This document shows positions 48,683 through 59,300 of a stretch of 64,000 bases of DNA, piece by piece. The notes beneath the pieces were generated by a model, which saw nothing but the letters and a program-made list of their open reading frames with translations, ran no database searches and had not been told where the DNA came from. The position numbers were made by a program, and so were the translations under genes. The number at the start of each line of letters is the position of its first letter. Position 1 is the stretch's first letter. The stretch is from a virus (taxonomy: Duplodnaviria > Caudoviricetes), in IMG/VR virus record IMGVR_UViG_2921473944_000002, positions 32,001 through 96,000 of that record, one strand, 5' to 3'.

Positions 48683-49261
48683 ATGTCAATTAATTTAGTG
48701 AAGGGTCAGAAAATTGACCTTACAAAAGGAAATGCAGGACTCAAGAAAGTAGTCTTTGCGCTTGGATGGGATACAAATAGATATGATGGAGATGCAGAAT
48801 TTGATCTTGATGTATCTGCATTCTTTACAGATGATTCAGGGAAGGTAACAGGGGAGCAGGATTTTGTGTTCTACGGACAGCCGCAGCATCCTAGCGGAGC
48901 GCTTACATATTCCGGAGATAATAGAACAGGGGCTGGTGATGGAGATGATGAAACAATGGTTGTTGAACTGGATAAAATTCCAGCAAATATCTCTAAGATT
49001 AGCTTTGCTACTACTATCTACGATGCTGAAAACAGATTACAGAATTTTGGCATGGTAGACAATTCATACATTAGAGCATATGATGCCGAAACAAATGAAG
49101 AATTGTTCAAATATGAATTAAACGAAGACTTTTCTTTGGAAACAGGGGTTGTAGCAGGTGAACTGTACCGTAGAAATGGAGAATGGAAATTCAACGCAGT
49201 TGGCTCTGGATTTGCCGGAGGTCTTTCGGCAGTCGGTCGAAATTTTGGATTGGATTTATAA
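48683..49261 (+). CDS. TerD family protein
   Basis: LGWD, FDLD, GDNRTGAGDGDDE, WKFNAVG. Confidence 0.9.
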   Translation: MSINLVKGQKIDLTKGNAGLKKVVFALGWDTNRYDGDAEFDLDVSAFFTDDSGKVTGEQDFVFYGQPQHPSGALTYSGDNRTGAGDGDDETMVVELDKIPANISKISFATTIYDAENRLQNFGMVDNSYIRAYDAETNEELFKYELNEDFSLETGVVAGELYRRNGEWKFNAVGSGFAGGLSAVGRNFGLDL

Positions 49262-49278
49262 GAAGGGAGTATTTAGAT

Positions 49279-49851
49279 ATGTCAGTAAATTTGGTAAAAG
49301 GTCAGAAACTTAATCTGTCAAAAGAAGTAGCCGGTTTGAAAAAAGTAATTGTTGGTCTCGGATGGGATGCAGTAAAGCAGGGGTTATTTGGTCATCAGCC
49401 AAACATTGATTGCGACGCTTCCGCAATCATCTTAGGTAAAAAAGGAAAGTACAGAGACACTGTTTACTTCGGAAACAGATCTTCGGAACAGGGATGCGTA
49501 TTCCATCATGGAGACAATCTTACAGGAGACGGAGATGGCGACGACGAACAGATTACAGTAAATTTGGAGAAAATGCCGGATGACGTAGAAAAGGTTGTTT
49601 TTGTCGTAAATATTTACGCATGTGAATCCAGAAAGCAGGATTTTGGTCTTATTAAAAATGCCTTTATCAGACTGGTTGATAATTCGACAGGGAAAGAGAT
49701 TTGCCGATATAATCTTTCTGAAGATTATGCAGGAAAAACTGCTATGGTATTTGCTGAGGTATATAAGAAAGATGGAGAGTGGAGATTTAATGCAATCGGG
49801 CAAGGAACAAATGACACAAGTGTCAGCGAACTCGCCAACAGATATAAATAA
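49279..49851 (+). CDS. TerD/TerZ family protein
   Basis: [25 protein letters not shown]. Confidence 0.9.
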   Translation: MSVNLVKGQKLNLSKEVAGLKKVIVGLGWDAVKQGLFGHQPNIDCDASAIILGKKGKYRDTVYFGNRSSEQGCVFHHGDNLTGDGDGDDEQITVNLEKMPDDVEKVVFVVNIYACESRKQDFGLIKNAFIRLVDNSTGKEICRYNLSEDYAGKTAMVFAEVYKKDGEWRFNAIGQGTNDTSVSELANRYK

Positions 49852-49861
49852 GGAGAGAAGT

Positions 49862-50443
49862 ATGTCAATATCATTAAGTAAAGGACAGAGGGTTGACCTT
49901 ACAAAAGGTCGCCCTTCATTAAAGAATATTTTTGTAGGTCTTGGTTGGGATATTAACCATTATGACGGAGAGGCTGATTTTGATCTTGATGCTTCTGCGT
50001 TTATGATCAAAGAAAATGGAAAGGTTAGAAATGATGAAGATTTCATCTTTTATGGTAACTTATCACATTCTTCAAAAAGCGTGATTCATATGGGTGATAA
50101 TCGAACCGGAGAAGGAGATGGCGATGATGAAGTTATCAATATTAAACTTGATCAAGTTCCTATTGATTATGAGACAGTCGCTATTACGGTAACAATTTAT
50201 GATGCAGAAAACAGACTTCAGAATTTCGGAATGGTTGAGAATGCATATGTCAGAGTTGTAGATGCTGATACAGGAGAAGAACTGATGAAATTTGATTTAA
50301 GTGAAGATTTTTCAACCGAAACTGCTTTAGTTGTAGCGGAGGTTTATCGTCATAATGGCGAGTGGAAATTTAAAGCTGTTGGAAGTGGATACAGCGGAGG
50401 TCTTAAAGCTCTTTGCGGTCAGTATGGTATTGATGCGGAATAG
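49862..50443 (+). CDS. TerD family protein
   Basis: [25 protein letters not shown]. Confidence 0.9.
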   Translation: MSISLSKGQRVDLTKGRPSLKNIFVGLGWDINHYDGEADFDLDASAFMIKENGKVRNDEDFIFYGNLSHSSKSVIHMGDNRTGEGDGDDEVINIKLDQVPIDYETVAITVTIYDAENRLQNFGMVENAYVRVVDADTGEELMKFDLSEDFSTETALVVAEVYRHNGEWKFKAVGSGYSGGLKALCGQYGIDAE

Positions 50444-50454
50444 GAGGCATTATT

Positions 50455-51201
50455 ATGACTAATTTCATGTTTATTGTGATTGTTGTAATCGTGTTGGCTG
50501 TGGTTGTTTTGTTCGGCACGGTTTTTGGGAAACAGCTTCGCGTTAAGATGAGAGGAAGAACAGACGAAATGATGAGGCAGGATGCCCAGACACCAGAAGG
50601 AGCAAAGGACTATTACAATGCAGCAATCAGAGAAAAGGAAGAATTTTACAATCGGGCTTCTGTGAGTTTTGCAGAAATATCCGGGAAGCGTAAAGCAACG
50701 CAAGATGATTTACATCAGGCTAATAAAGATATTATGCAGGTCACTAATAATATGAATGCATGTATCGATGGGAATAAAGATGATGAGGCAATGCAGTATG
50801 CAAGAAAGAAATCGACGCTTGAGAATAAAATCAACGTATTGAAGGACACACTTGTGGAAATGAAAGAAGCTGAAGCACATCAGAAAGAGATTATGGAACA
50901 GGCGGCTGAAGAACTGCAGAGGCTTAGAGAAGAAAAAGAACAGGTGATTTTTCAGATGGAAGCAGATAGTCAGATAATCGAACTTCATCAGAGCATGGAT
51001 TCTCTCAGCATGAACAATGAGAGCGAGAGAATGCTGGAAAGAGTTAGAGAGGGAGCAAAGAAAACAAGAGAAAGAGCTGAAGGAAGCAGAATCGCGTATG
51101 ATTCAAGCTCTCAGGCTGCGGATCGAAGACTTGCTGCTTCTGAAAGAGAAAGAAATGCTCGTCAGATTCTCGAAGAGGCAAGGAGACAGCGAGGAAAGTA
51201 A
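50455..51201 (+). CDS. Membrane-anchored PspA/IM30-like coiled-coil protein
   Basis: N-terminal TM segment followed by a long coiled coil. Confidence 0.6.
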   Translation: MTNFMFIVIVVIVLAVVVLFGTVFGKQLRVKMRGRTDEMMRQDAQTPEGAKDYYNAAIREKEEFYNRASVSFAEISGKRKATQDDLHQANKDIMQVTNNMNACIDGNKDDEAMQYARKKSTLENKINVLKDTLVEMKEAEAHQKEIMEQAAEELQRLREEKEQVIFQMEADSQIIELHQSMDSLSMNNESERMLERVREGAKKTRERAEGSRIAYDSSSQAADRRLAASERERNARQILEEARRQRGK

Positions 51202-51214
51202 TTCCGGTGATAAT

Positions 51215-51568
51215 ATGTTCAGAGTAATAATTGCAGGTAGCCGATCATTTGCGAACTACGAAATGTTAAAAGCAAATATGAATTGTCTGTTGCAGAATAT
51301 CAGTGATGAAATATCCATAGTATGCGGAACCGCAAGAGGAGCAGACAGGCTGGGAGAGAAGTATGCGAAAGAAATGGGTTTCCATGTTGCATACTTCCCG
51401 GCAGACTGGGAGCGGTATGGCAAAGCGGCTGGATATATAAGAAATAAAGAGATGGCTCAAAACGCCGATGCTTTGGTAGCATTTTGGGACGGAGAAAGTA
51501 GAGGAACAAAATCAATGATAGACCTGGCTAAAGAGTATGATCTCGCTGTCAGGGTTTTAAAATTCTGA
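51215..51568 (+). CDS. YspA/SLOG family protein
   Basis: IAGSRSF, GTARGAD, AGYIRN.EM, FWDGESRGT. Confidence 0.8.
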   Translation: MFRVIIAGSRSFANYEMLKANMNCLLQNISDEISIVCGTARGADRLGEKYAKEMGFHVAYFPADWERYGKAAGYIRNKEMAQNADALVAFWDGESRGTKSMIDLAKEYDLAVRVLKF

Positions 51569-51762
51569 CGGAGGTAATATCGATATGGACGAAGATGAGC
51601 TTGACTATTGCTATGAGTGCGGAGGCTACGGAGATGATTACTCCGTAGACGAGAACGGCGAACTTGTGTGTAATTGTGATACATGTCTGATGAATCCATT
51701 TAGAGGTGATTGGGATGATTAACGATAGTGAGATAGAATGATTTTAATATGAGGAGTTAAAG

Positions 51763-52113
51763 ATGCAGAAAGACAAAATTATCTATACGGTTAAACACAG
51801 AAAAGCATTCAGAAGAGTAGAGAAAGAACTGCTTGGACATAACACCTTGAGAGGAATCCTTCATGATTTGGATAAGGTGTTTCTGTATATGATTTTTGAT
51901 TATAAATCAGTGCATAACTGGCATAGGAATCATTCCAGACATCATTCTATTAAGGCAAAGACACATAGTGATTTTGTCCAGATGGTAGTGGACTGGGAAT
52001 GTGCTAGGTATACAAAGCCGGACAAACTTTTGAATGCAAGGGATACACTTGATAAGTTCTATCCTGAATTAAAAGACAAGGTTTTACCTGTCATTCAGGA
52101 ACTTGGTTTATAA
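51763..52113 (+). CDS. HD-domain-like protein
   Basis: H...HDLDK...H...HH...DW. Confidence 0.6.
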   Translation: MQKDKIIYTVKHRKAFRRVEKELLGHNTLRGILHDLDKVFLYMIFDYKSVHNWHRNHSRHHSIKAKTHSDFVQMVVDWECARYTKPDKLLNARDTLDKFYPELKDKVLPVIQELGL

Positions 52114-52447
52114 ATTTGATGTTTGATAGGGTAGAGTCACATCTGCCCTATTGATTTTCTACGGCAGACAATAGTTGGTGTCTGTAACGACTATTGTAGA
52201 AGACTTTGCTCGGTATATGACTTCTTCAGTGCATGAAAACAGATAAGTGCATTGATAACGAGCGACACTCCAAAAGTCTTGGGTAGTTTTTGAGGAGAGA
52301 ACCCTTCCGACTTAGGTGATATCGGTATCCGGGTTACGGGAGAATAGTTTGGAGCCTGCAGAAGCGACGTAACCGCGTGACCAGACATAGGAGGAAATGA
52401 GCCTCCTACCGCCAGTAAACAGGGCGATAGCTGGATGGATTTTTTTC

Positions 52448-52777
52448 GGGGCTGTAAAGGTTTCGACAGGGGTATGAAAGTTATGAGTTCGCTTAGAGTG
52501 ATGACTTAATCATCAAACTTTAAATACAAACGCAAACAGACAGATGTTAGCAGTAGCCTAAGTTGCTACACCAAAATACATTGAGATATTGCTGGTAGAT
52601 GTTGAGGTTCAAAAACAAGCATATTCAGTATACGGTTCCCTGTATATGAATACCTGCATTGGTTGAGATAGTTAAGAACAGGGTGGTGGATGAGAAATCA
52701 GTACATGATTCCAAAACAGCGTAAAGATTCATAGTGAGTAGTATTTTTGGACAGGGGTTCGATTCCCCTCAGCTCCA
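52448..52777 (+). ncRNA. ssrA: tmRNA
   Basis: 5' GGGGCTGTAAAGGTTTCGAC, 3' GGGGTTCGATTCCCCTCAGCTCCA; tag ORF (A)ANRQMLAVA* at 52532-52561. Confidence 0.93.
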
Positions 52778-52805
52778 TTCAAATTTAAGAAAGGCGGTGT
52801 TTATT

Positions 52806-53042
52806 ATGATGAAAAGGGTAATTATGATGTTATGTTTGATATCTATTGTATTTACCGGATGTGAGACGAAGCAGCAAAAGGATTGTAATCATCAGTGGAA
52901 TATCGTAAAGGAATCTACAGGAAGATATAACACGAAATATTATACAGTATATTGTCCAAAATGTAAGCTGGAGAAGTTATATGTATATGAAGACGAATGG
53001 AAAGAACTTCAGTTAGACATGGATTACTACGAGGATAAGTAA
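52806..53042 (+). CDS. Small lipoprotein
   Basis: Signal peptide with FTGC lipobox. Confidence 0.55.
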   Translation: MMKRVIMMLCLISIVFTGCETKQQKDCNHQWNIVKESTGRYNTKYYTVYCPKCKLEKLYVYEDEWKELQLDMDYYEDK

Positions 53043-53141
53043 TTATAATGCGGTAGCGGAATAGCTGATGGGAGAGTTACAAAAAAATGGATATAACGGC
53101 AGTAGGGATTGCAAAAGAGTAAAAATGAGGAGATTAAGTGA

Positions 53142-53631
53142 TATGAAAACATTAATAAAGTATTTACTAAAAGAGGATACTGTTATTTTCTTCGATGTGG
53201 ATGGTGTACTTGCGCCTTATGAATTTGGAGAAAATAGACACTGTATCGACGATGCGGAATGGGATAGAAAGATGGAAAATGGAGAAGATATGTATTCAAC
53301 AGTTGCTCCTGTTAAGCTATTTCAACAGTTTATCTCTCAAAAGGGTATAGATAATGTATATGTTTGTTCAAAAGCTAATCCGGAAGAATATGAATCCAAA
53401 ATGAAATTTTGTCATGACGGATATGGAATCCCGATGGATCACATTATTATGGTTTCTTCTAAAAATGATAAACTTGCGATATTAAAAGCATTCGCAGAAG
53501 CTAATTCTATTCCAGAAAATAAAATTGCAATGGTAGAAGATACAACGAAGACACTAGATATGATTGCTAAAGGAAGTAAATGCTCTACTATACATGTATC
53601 TTCGTTTCTTGATTACAGTCATGAGGAGTAG
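53142..53631 (+). CDS. HAD superfamily hydrolase
   Basis: FFDVDGVL motif I, MVED motif IV. Confidence 0.7.
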
Positions 53632-53632
53632 T

Positions 53633-54661
53633 ATGGATTTACAACAGATTAAAAGTTTGGTTAAGTCAGATGAATATGTGTTCCTAAAAGACAATGCGCA
53701 CTTGGGAGACAGAATCATCATGCTAGGGCTTGGCGGGAGCTATGCCTATGGAACAAATGTAGAAACTTCGGATCTTGATGTTCGTGGGTGTGCTTTAAAT
53801 AATAAAGAAGAGATTTTAACTAATCAGAATTTTGAACAGTTTGTTGACGAACGCACGGACACCACAATATATGCATTCAATAAATTAGTAAGTTTGCTAT
53901 GTAATTGCAATCCAAATACGGTAGAGATGCTCGGGTTAAAGCCTGAGCATTATTTATATCTATCGTCAATTGGAAAAGAACTACTGGATAATAAACAATT
54001 ATTTCTTTCAAAGAAAGCGGCTCAGGCATTTGGAGGATATGCAACAGCGCAGCTCAGAAGACTTGACAATAAAGCAGCTAGGCTTGTTGGACAGGCTCAA
54101 AAAGAACAGCACGTTTTGAATAGCATCAATAATGTAATGGCTGATTTTAATGAAAGATATACACCATATGCAGATGATGCGATCAAATTATATATTGATA
54201 AATCAGACAAAGAAGATATGGAATCTGAAATTTATATGGATGTAAATCTTACGAGGTATCCTTTACGAGACTATAAATCCATGTGGTCTGAGATGAATAA
54301 TGTAGTTAAGGATTATTCCAAAATCGGCAAAAGAAATCAGCACGCGATTGAGCACAATAAGCTTGGTAAGCATATGATGCATCTGATCAGACTCTATATG
54401 ATGTGCTTGGATATCTTAGAAAACAAAGAAATAGTAACATTCAGAAGTAAAGAGCACAACTTACTGATGTCAATTAGAAATGGCGAATATTTGGATGAAA
54501 ATAGACAGCCAATTCCTGAATTTTTTGAAATGGTTGATGAATATGAGAAGAAAATGAAGTATGCAAAAGAGAATACAGATCTTCCAGAAAAGCCGGATTA
54601 CAAAAGGATACAGGAATTTGTGATGAGTGTTAATGAAAGAATTGTAAGAGGATTAGCATAG
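53633..54661 (+). CDS. Pol-beta-fold nucleotidyltransferase (YcgL/RlaP-like)
   Basis: GGSYAYGTNVETSDLDVRG, NPN..E, KHMMHLIRL. Confidence 0.8.
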   Translation: MDLQQIKSLVKSDEYVFLKDNAHLGDRIIMLGLGGSYAYGTNVETSDLDVRGCALNNKEEILTNQNFEQFVDERTDTTIYAFNKLVSLLCNCNPNTVEMLGLKPEHYLYLSSIGKELLDNKQLFLSKKAAQAFGGYATAQLRRLDNKAARLVGQAQKEQHVLNSINNVMADFNERYTPYADDAIKLYIDKSDKEDMESEIYMDVNLTRYPLRDYKSMWSEMNNVVKDYSKIGKRNQHAIEHNKLGKHMMHLIRLYMMCLDILENKEIVTFRSKEHNLLMSIRNGEYLDENRQPIPEFFEMVDEYEKKMKYAKENTDLPEKPDYKRIQEFVMSVNERIVRGLA

Positions 54662-54672
54662 GAGGTGTAGCT

Positions 54673-55488
54673 TTGGGTGAGATAGTAAGTATCGTAGATG
54701 CAAAAAACAAGGTAATTGATTTACATGCATTACAAAGGAATAAGGTAAAGTCAGCAGCCGGTTTAATAGCTCCTGCGGCAGAAGAAACCCATTGCGAATT
54801 AGCCCCAGAACATGCTGCGGAGCCGATTAAAAGTCTTGACGATATCTATGCAATTTCAGAATTTCTCATTTCTAATAAAAGATACAGAGATAATATGCTG
54901 TTTATCGTAGGGATAAATTTTGGCTTACGAGTGAGCGATTTAAGAATGCTCAGGTTCTCTAATCTAATCAATGATAATTTCACATTTCGTGATAATTTCC
55001 CAGTGTTTGAGAAGAAAACAAGAAATACAAGGAAAAGAAAAAAGAATAGATATATCACAATCAATACCGCCGTTATAGAGGCGGTAACTTTGTATCTGGA
55101 GAATAAGCCAAATGTTACACTAAGTGATTATCTATTCAGGAGCGAATCCAACAGAGGAAAATCATTGAACCAGCCATTATCAAATCAGTCTATTGATAGG
55201 ATTTTAAAAGGAATAGCTGTTGATTTACATCTAAACATTAGGATAGCAACTCATAGTTTGAGAAAAACATTCTGTTATCATCAGATGGTTATGTCAAACA
55301 ACGATAGCAGGAAACTTCTTCTGCTACAGAAGATGCTCAATCATTCATCGCCTGCACAGACGTTAGATTATATAGGAATTACGTCTGAGGAAATTGAAGA
55401 AGCGTATAAGGCATTGAATCTTGGAGGACGTACTAGGAATTATCTGGTTGACAGTAATCTTGTCGAGGCTGAAAGTTCGGCAGGTTAA
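54673..55488 (+). CDS. Tyrosine recombinase (catalytic domain only)
   Basis: GLRVSDL, HSLRKT, LNHSS...TLDYIG. Confidence 0.88.
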   Translation: MGEIVSIVDAKNKVIDLHALQRNKVKSAAGLIAPAAEETHCELAPEHAAEPIKSLDDIYAISEFLISNKRYRDNMLFIVGINFGLRVSDLRMLRFSNLINDNFTFRDNFPVFEKKTRNTRKRKKNRYITINTAVIEAVTLYLENKPNVTLSDYLFRSESNRGKSLNQPLSNQSIDRILKGIAVDLHLNIRIATHSLRKTFCYHQMVMSNNDSRKLLLLQKMLNHSSPAQTLDYIGITSEEIEEAYKALNLGGRTRNYLVDSNLVEAESSAG

Positions 55489-55502
55489 GAGAGGAGGTCA
55501 CG

Positions 55503-55697
55503 ATGGCATTAGATAAAGCAATCCAGCATGGGAAGGAGCATAGAAAACCATATACCGGAGGTAAAGCTATTGACCGCACATGCAGGAATCATGGAAGTTG
55601 TGATTGGTGCAAGGGCAATAGGCTACATGCTTCTAATGTACAGGAAGAAATTGCCGATGCGAAGTTGGCAGAATATGAGAAAGGAGGGAGTGGATGA
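55503..55697 (+). CDS. Small hypothetical protein
   Basis: CRNHGSCDWC; RBS present. Confidence 0.55.
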   Translation: MALDKAIQHGKEHRKPYTGGKAIDRTCRNHGSCDWCKGNRLHASNVQEEIADAKLAEYEKGGSG

Positions 55698-56011
55698 AAA
55701 AGTGGTTTTATATCGTTATGTTGTCTCTGATGATTGTATTTGGGATAATCGGATGCACATCAAAGGATGATGAAACACAGGGTGGTAAGCAAGATGAGGC
55801 TACACCAATACATATTACGATTCCAAAAAGAAGACGTGGTGATTTCACAGCAGAAATCGATACCGTGTCTGTCACGGATGAGAACGGAGAGATATTGTTT
55901 GAATGTGACACAGAAGGAGGAGTTACTATCAAACTAAATGATAGTGTTCTTACAGTTGTCGTTCCAGAACGAAATGACAGCTGTTTTGATAATGGAAAAT
56001 TAGCAGAATAA
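55694..56011 (+). CDS. Putative lipoprotein
   Basis: IIGC lipobox. Confidence 0.55.
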   Translation: MKKWFYIVMLSLMIVFGIIGCTSKDDETQGGKQDEATPIHITIPKRRRGDFTAEIDTVSVTDENGEILFECDTEGGVTIKLNDSVLTVVVPERNDSCFDNGKLAE

Positions 56012-56024
56012 GGAGGAATAGGAA

Positions 56025-56546
56025 ATGAAAAATGTACTTATTGTAGTAGACGTTCAGAATGATTTTGTTGATGGTGCTCTTGGAAGCAAAGAAGCGCAAG
56101 CAATCATTCCAGCTGTGAAAGCAAAGATTGAGAAATATGATAAATACGGTAGAGAGATTCTTTTCACAAGAGACTCACACGATGGGGATTATCTGTACAC
56201 TTCTGAAGGAAGAAAACTGCCTATTAAACACTGCATTATGGGGACTCGCGGACATAGAATTGTAGATGGTCTTGAAACACATAATAGCAGGCATATTGAT
56301 AAGCAGACATTCGGATACACTGGATGGGATGAGGTGTTAGATATGCTTGGAAATCCGGATAGCATTGAGATGATTGGTCTTGATACCGATATTTGTGTTG
56401 TTGCAAATGCATTGATTATTAAAACATTAAGACCAGATATTGAAATCACAGTGGATGCAGGATGCTGTGCAGGATCGACACCAGAAAAGCACAAAGCAGC
56501 ACTAGAAGTAATGAAGAGTTGTCAGATTGATGTGATTGGAGAATAA
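56025..56546 (+). CDS. Nicotinamidase/isochorismatase family cysteine hydrolase
   Basis: VDVQNDF, DSH, HC, K, TDICV. Confidence 0.85.
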   Translation: MKNVLIVVDVQNDFVDGALGSKEAQAIIPAVKAKIEKYDKYGREILFTRDSHDGDYLYTSEGRKLPIKHCIMGTRGHRIVDGLETHNSRHIDKQTFGYTGWDEVLDMLGNPDSIEMIGLDTDICVVANALIIKTLRPDIEITVDAGCCAGSTPEKHKAALEVMKSCQIDVIGE

Positions 56547-56552
56547 AAAGAA

Positions 56553-57380
56553 ATGATTATTTTGGATGGAACAGAAGTAAATGTAGCGCATTTTCCAGAT
56601 GGTACTCAGAGAATTATACTAGAAAATCTTCCAAAGATGGAGTGGAGAAATATACACGAAATTACATGGAAATTTGAAAGAGAGGAAGAACTGTCTACTT
56701 TAATTTATGTTACGAGACATTTGAGAAACATGCCGTGTATACAGGAAATATATCTTAATTTGCTATATCTCCCAAATGCAAGAATGGATCGTATACATCA
56801 TCATGAAGAAGTATTCACGCTTAGAGGGTTCGCCGATGCAATTAACTGGTTGCGATTTGATGTTGTGAGGGTTCTTGATGTTCATAGCAATGTTGGAGCA
56901 GCCTTACTTAATAATGTGTTGGTTTGTACACCGGAGAAGTATTTAAAAGAAGTAATGGAACAGATAGATGAAACCGTACCATTAGTTTTATATTTCCCAG
57001 ATGAAGGAGCAGCAAAACGGTATTCCGATTTATTCCCTGGTATGCGGTATTGCTATGGAGAGAAGAAGAGAGACTGGAAGACGGGTAAAATTCTCGGACT
57101 AGATATTATGACAAACGGCATTGATTTGCAGAAGCAGACCGTATTGATGATAGACGATATCATCGCTTATGGAGGTTCTTTATACTATAGTGCAAAAGAG
57201 TTGAAGCGCAGAGGAGTTGGTACGATTTATGCTTATGCGACACATACAGAAAACTCTATACTCGATGACGAGAAGGGAACTTTGATTAAGTTATTAGAAG
57301 ACAATACAGTGGAGAGGCTGTATACAACAGGAAGTCTTTTTGCAGGGAAACATGACAAAATTACAGTTTTGGAGGTGTAA
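56553..57380 (+). CDS. PRPP-synthetase-like protein (Adps-like)
   Basis: FPDG, ARMDR, DVHS, PDEGA, IDDIIAYGGS. Confidence 0.85.
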   Translation: MIILDGTEVNVAHFPDGTQRIILENLPKMEWRNIHEITWKFEREEELSTLIYVTRHLRNMPCIQEIYLNLLYLPNARMDRIHHHEEVFTLRGFADAINWLRFDVVRVLDVHSNVGAALLNNVLVCTPEKYLKEVMEQIDETVPLVLYFPDEGAAKRYSDLFPGMRYCYGEKKRDWKTGKILGLDIMTNGIDLQKQTVLMIDDIIAYGGSLYYSAKELKRRGVGTIYAYATHTENSILDDEKGTLIKLLEDNTVERLYTTGSLFAGKHDKITVLEV

Positions 57381-57382
57381 TA

Positions 57383-58846
57383 ATGGATAATACAATGGCT
57401 TTATTATTGTCAGACACATATAAACAGTGCCATGACAGGATGTATCCAAAAGGATTGACAAAGCTTGTTTCTTATTGGGTTCCAAGAAGATCCATGCTGA
57501 AAAATCAGGATAAGATGGTTTTCTTTGGGCTGCAGGCATTCATTAAAGAGTATCTGTTAGGTTATTTTCAGACAAACTTCTTTGATGTTAATGAGGAGGA
57601 AGTTGTCAAACAATACACGGATGCAATGAACATTCAAATCGGGTCAGGGAATTACGATGTAGATAAGATCGTGCAATTACATCGTCTCGGATATCTTCCT
57701 TTGGAAATCAGAGCGCTTCCAGAAGGAACACTTGTTACAATGGGAATTCCATGTATCGAAATCACAAACACTACAGAGGAATTTGCGTGGCTCGTGCAGT
57801 GGATTGAATGTATCTTGCAGGTAGAATTGTGGAAACCTTGCTGCCACGCAACAATCGGTTATATGTACAGAAATATTGCGGACTATTGGTATAACAAAAC
57901 AACAGACGGTCTGGATGGAGCAATGGCTTGTGCCGATTTCGGCATGAGAGGAATGTCATGCATGGATGAAGCAATAAGATGTTCGGCTTCGTGGCTGTTA
58001 TCATTTAATAAGACATCTACAATTCCAGCCATTTCATATATTGACAAATATTACAATGCAGATTGTAAACACAACAGAATTGGTATCGGAGCAGTATCAA
58101 CAGAGCATAGCGTTATGGGTGCAAATTTCTCAATCGATGGTGATGAAATTACATTTGTAAAAAGATTGCTTACTGAATTATATCCAGACACATCGTTCAG
58201 TATGGTATCAGATACATATGATTACTGGAATCTAGTGAATAATATCCTGCCTCAGTGCAAAGAAGAGATTATGAACCACAATGGAAAACTCTTAGTTAGA
58301 CCAGACAGCGGAGATATTGTGGAAATCTCAGTTAAAACAGTTGAAAGACTGTGGGAAATTTTCGGAGGAACTGAAAATTCCAAAGGGTACAAGGTATTAG
58401 ACCCTCATATTGGAATTATTTACGGAGATGGATGTACATTATCCAATGTCGAAACTATTTGGGAAGAACTTGAAAAGCGCGGATTTGCTGCGAATAACAT
58501 CGCATATGGAGTTGGGGCATTTTGCTTTACAGCAATCGTAGAAGATGGAAAGCTTGTGGTCGCTACCAGAGATACATTTGGCATTGCAATGAAAGCAACA
58601 TACGGTGTTATTAACGGTAAAAAACTGATGATCTATAAAGACCCGAAGACAGACACAAGCCATTTAAAGAAATCGCATAAAGGTTGTTGCCGAGTATACA
58701 AAGAAGATGGACAGCTGAAGTGCCAGGATCAGCTGACGGAGATGAGCGATGATAGCTTGCTCACAACAGTTTTCAAGGATGGCAAGCTTGCTAAAGAGGA
58801 GTCATTTATGGATATTAGAGAAAGGATGTATGGAGTAAATGATTAA
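57383..58846 (+). CDS. Nampt/NadV-fold phosphoribosyltransferase (Namat-like)
   Basis: DTYKQCH, DFGMRG, TEHSVM, SDTYD, RPDSG, YGDG, KDPKTD. Confidence 0.88.
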   Translation: MDNTMALLLSDTYKQCHDRMYPKGLTKLVSYWVPRRSMLKNQDKMVFFGLQAFIKEYLLGYFQTNFFDVNEEEVVKQYTDAMNIQIGSGNYDVDKIVQLHRLGYLPLEIRALPEGTLVTMGIPCIEITNTTEEFAWLVQWIECILQVELWKPCCHATIGYMYRNIADYWYNKTTDGLDGAMACADFGMRGMSCMDEAIRCSASWLLSFNKTSTIPAISYIDKYYNADCKHNRIGIGAVSTEHSVMGANFSIDGDEITFVKRLLTELYPDTSFSMVSDTYDYWNLVNNILPQCKEEIMNHNGKLLVRPDSGDIVEISVKTVERLWEIFGGTENSKGYKVLDPHIGIIYGDGCTLSNVETIWEELEKRGFAANNIAYGVGAFCFTAIVEDGKLVVATRDTFGIAMKATYGVINGKKLMIYKDPKTDTSHLKKSHKGCCRVYKEDGQLKCQDQLTEMSDDSLLTTVFKDGKLAKEESFMDIRERMYGVND

Positions 58847-59300
58847 AATTATTGATGGTGATTTACTCGCATCCAAAACAGATATTATTGCACACCAGGT
58901 TAATTGCAAAGGTGCTTTTAACTCTGGTGTTGCAAGGGCAATACGGGAATATGATGTTCAGGTTTTCCATGATTATCGTGCGTACTGCTCCGGTAAAACG
59001 GCAGATGATCTTATAGGAGATGTGAGATATTTCCAATCAGATATGGATGACAAAATATACGCAAACCTATTTGCTCAGAAATCTTATGGATATGATGGCA
59101 AACAATATACAGATTTGGAAGCGTTGAAAAAGTGCTTTGAAAATCTGCGGGATTATGCAATGGAGAGAAATATGAGTATTGCAATGCCTTATAAGATTGG
59201 AAGCGTTAGAGGAGGCGCAAACTGGGAAGATGTTTATGCTTTAATTGAAACTACATTTCGAGAAGTAAATGTAGAATTATGGAGGCTTGATAAAGGATGA
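58839..59300 (+). CDS. Macro domain protein
   Basis: GDLL, HQVNC.G...GVA, PYKIG..RGG..W. Confidence 0.85.
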   Translation: MIKIIDGDLLASKTDIIAHQVNCKGAFNSGVARAIREYDVQVFHDYRAYCSGKTADDLIGDVRYFQSDMDDKIYANLFAQKSYGYDGKQYTDLEALKKCFENLRDYAMERNMSIAMPYKIGSVRGGANWEDVYALIETTFREVNVELWRLDKG

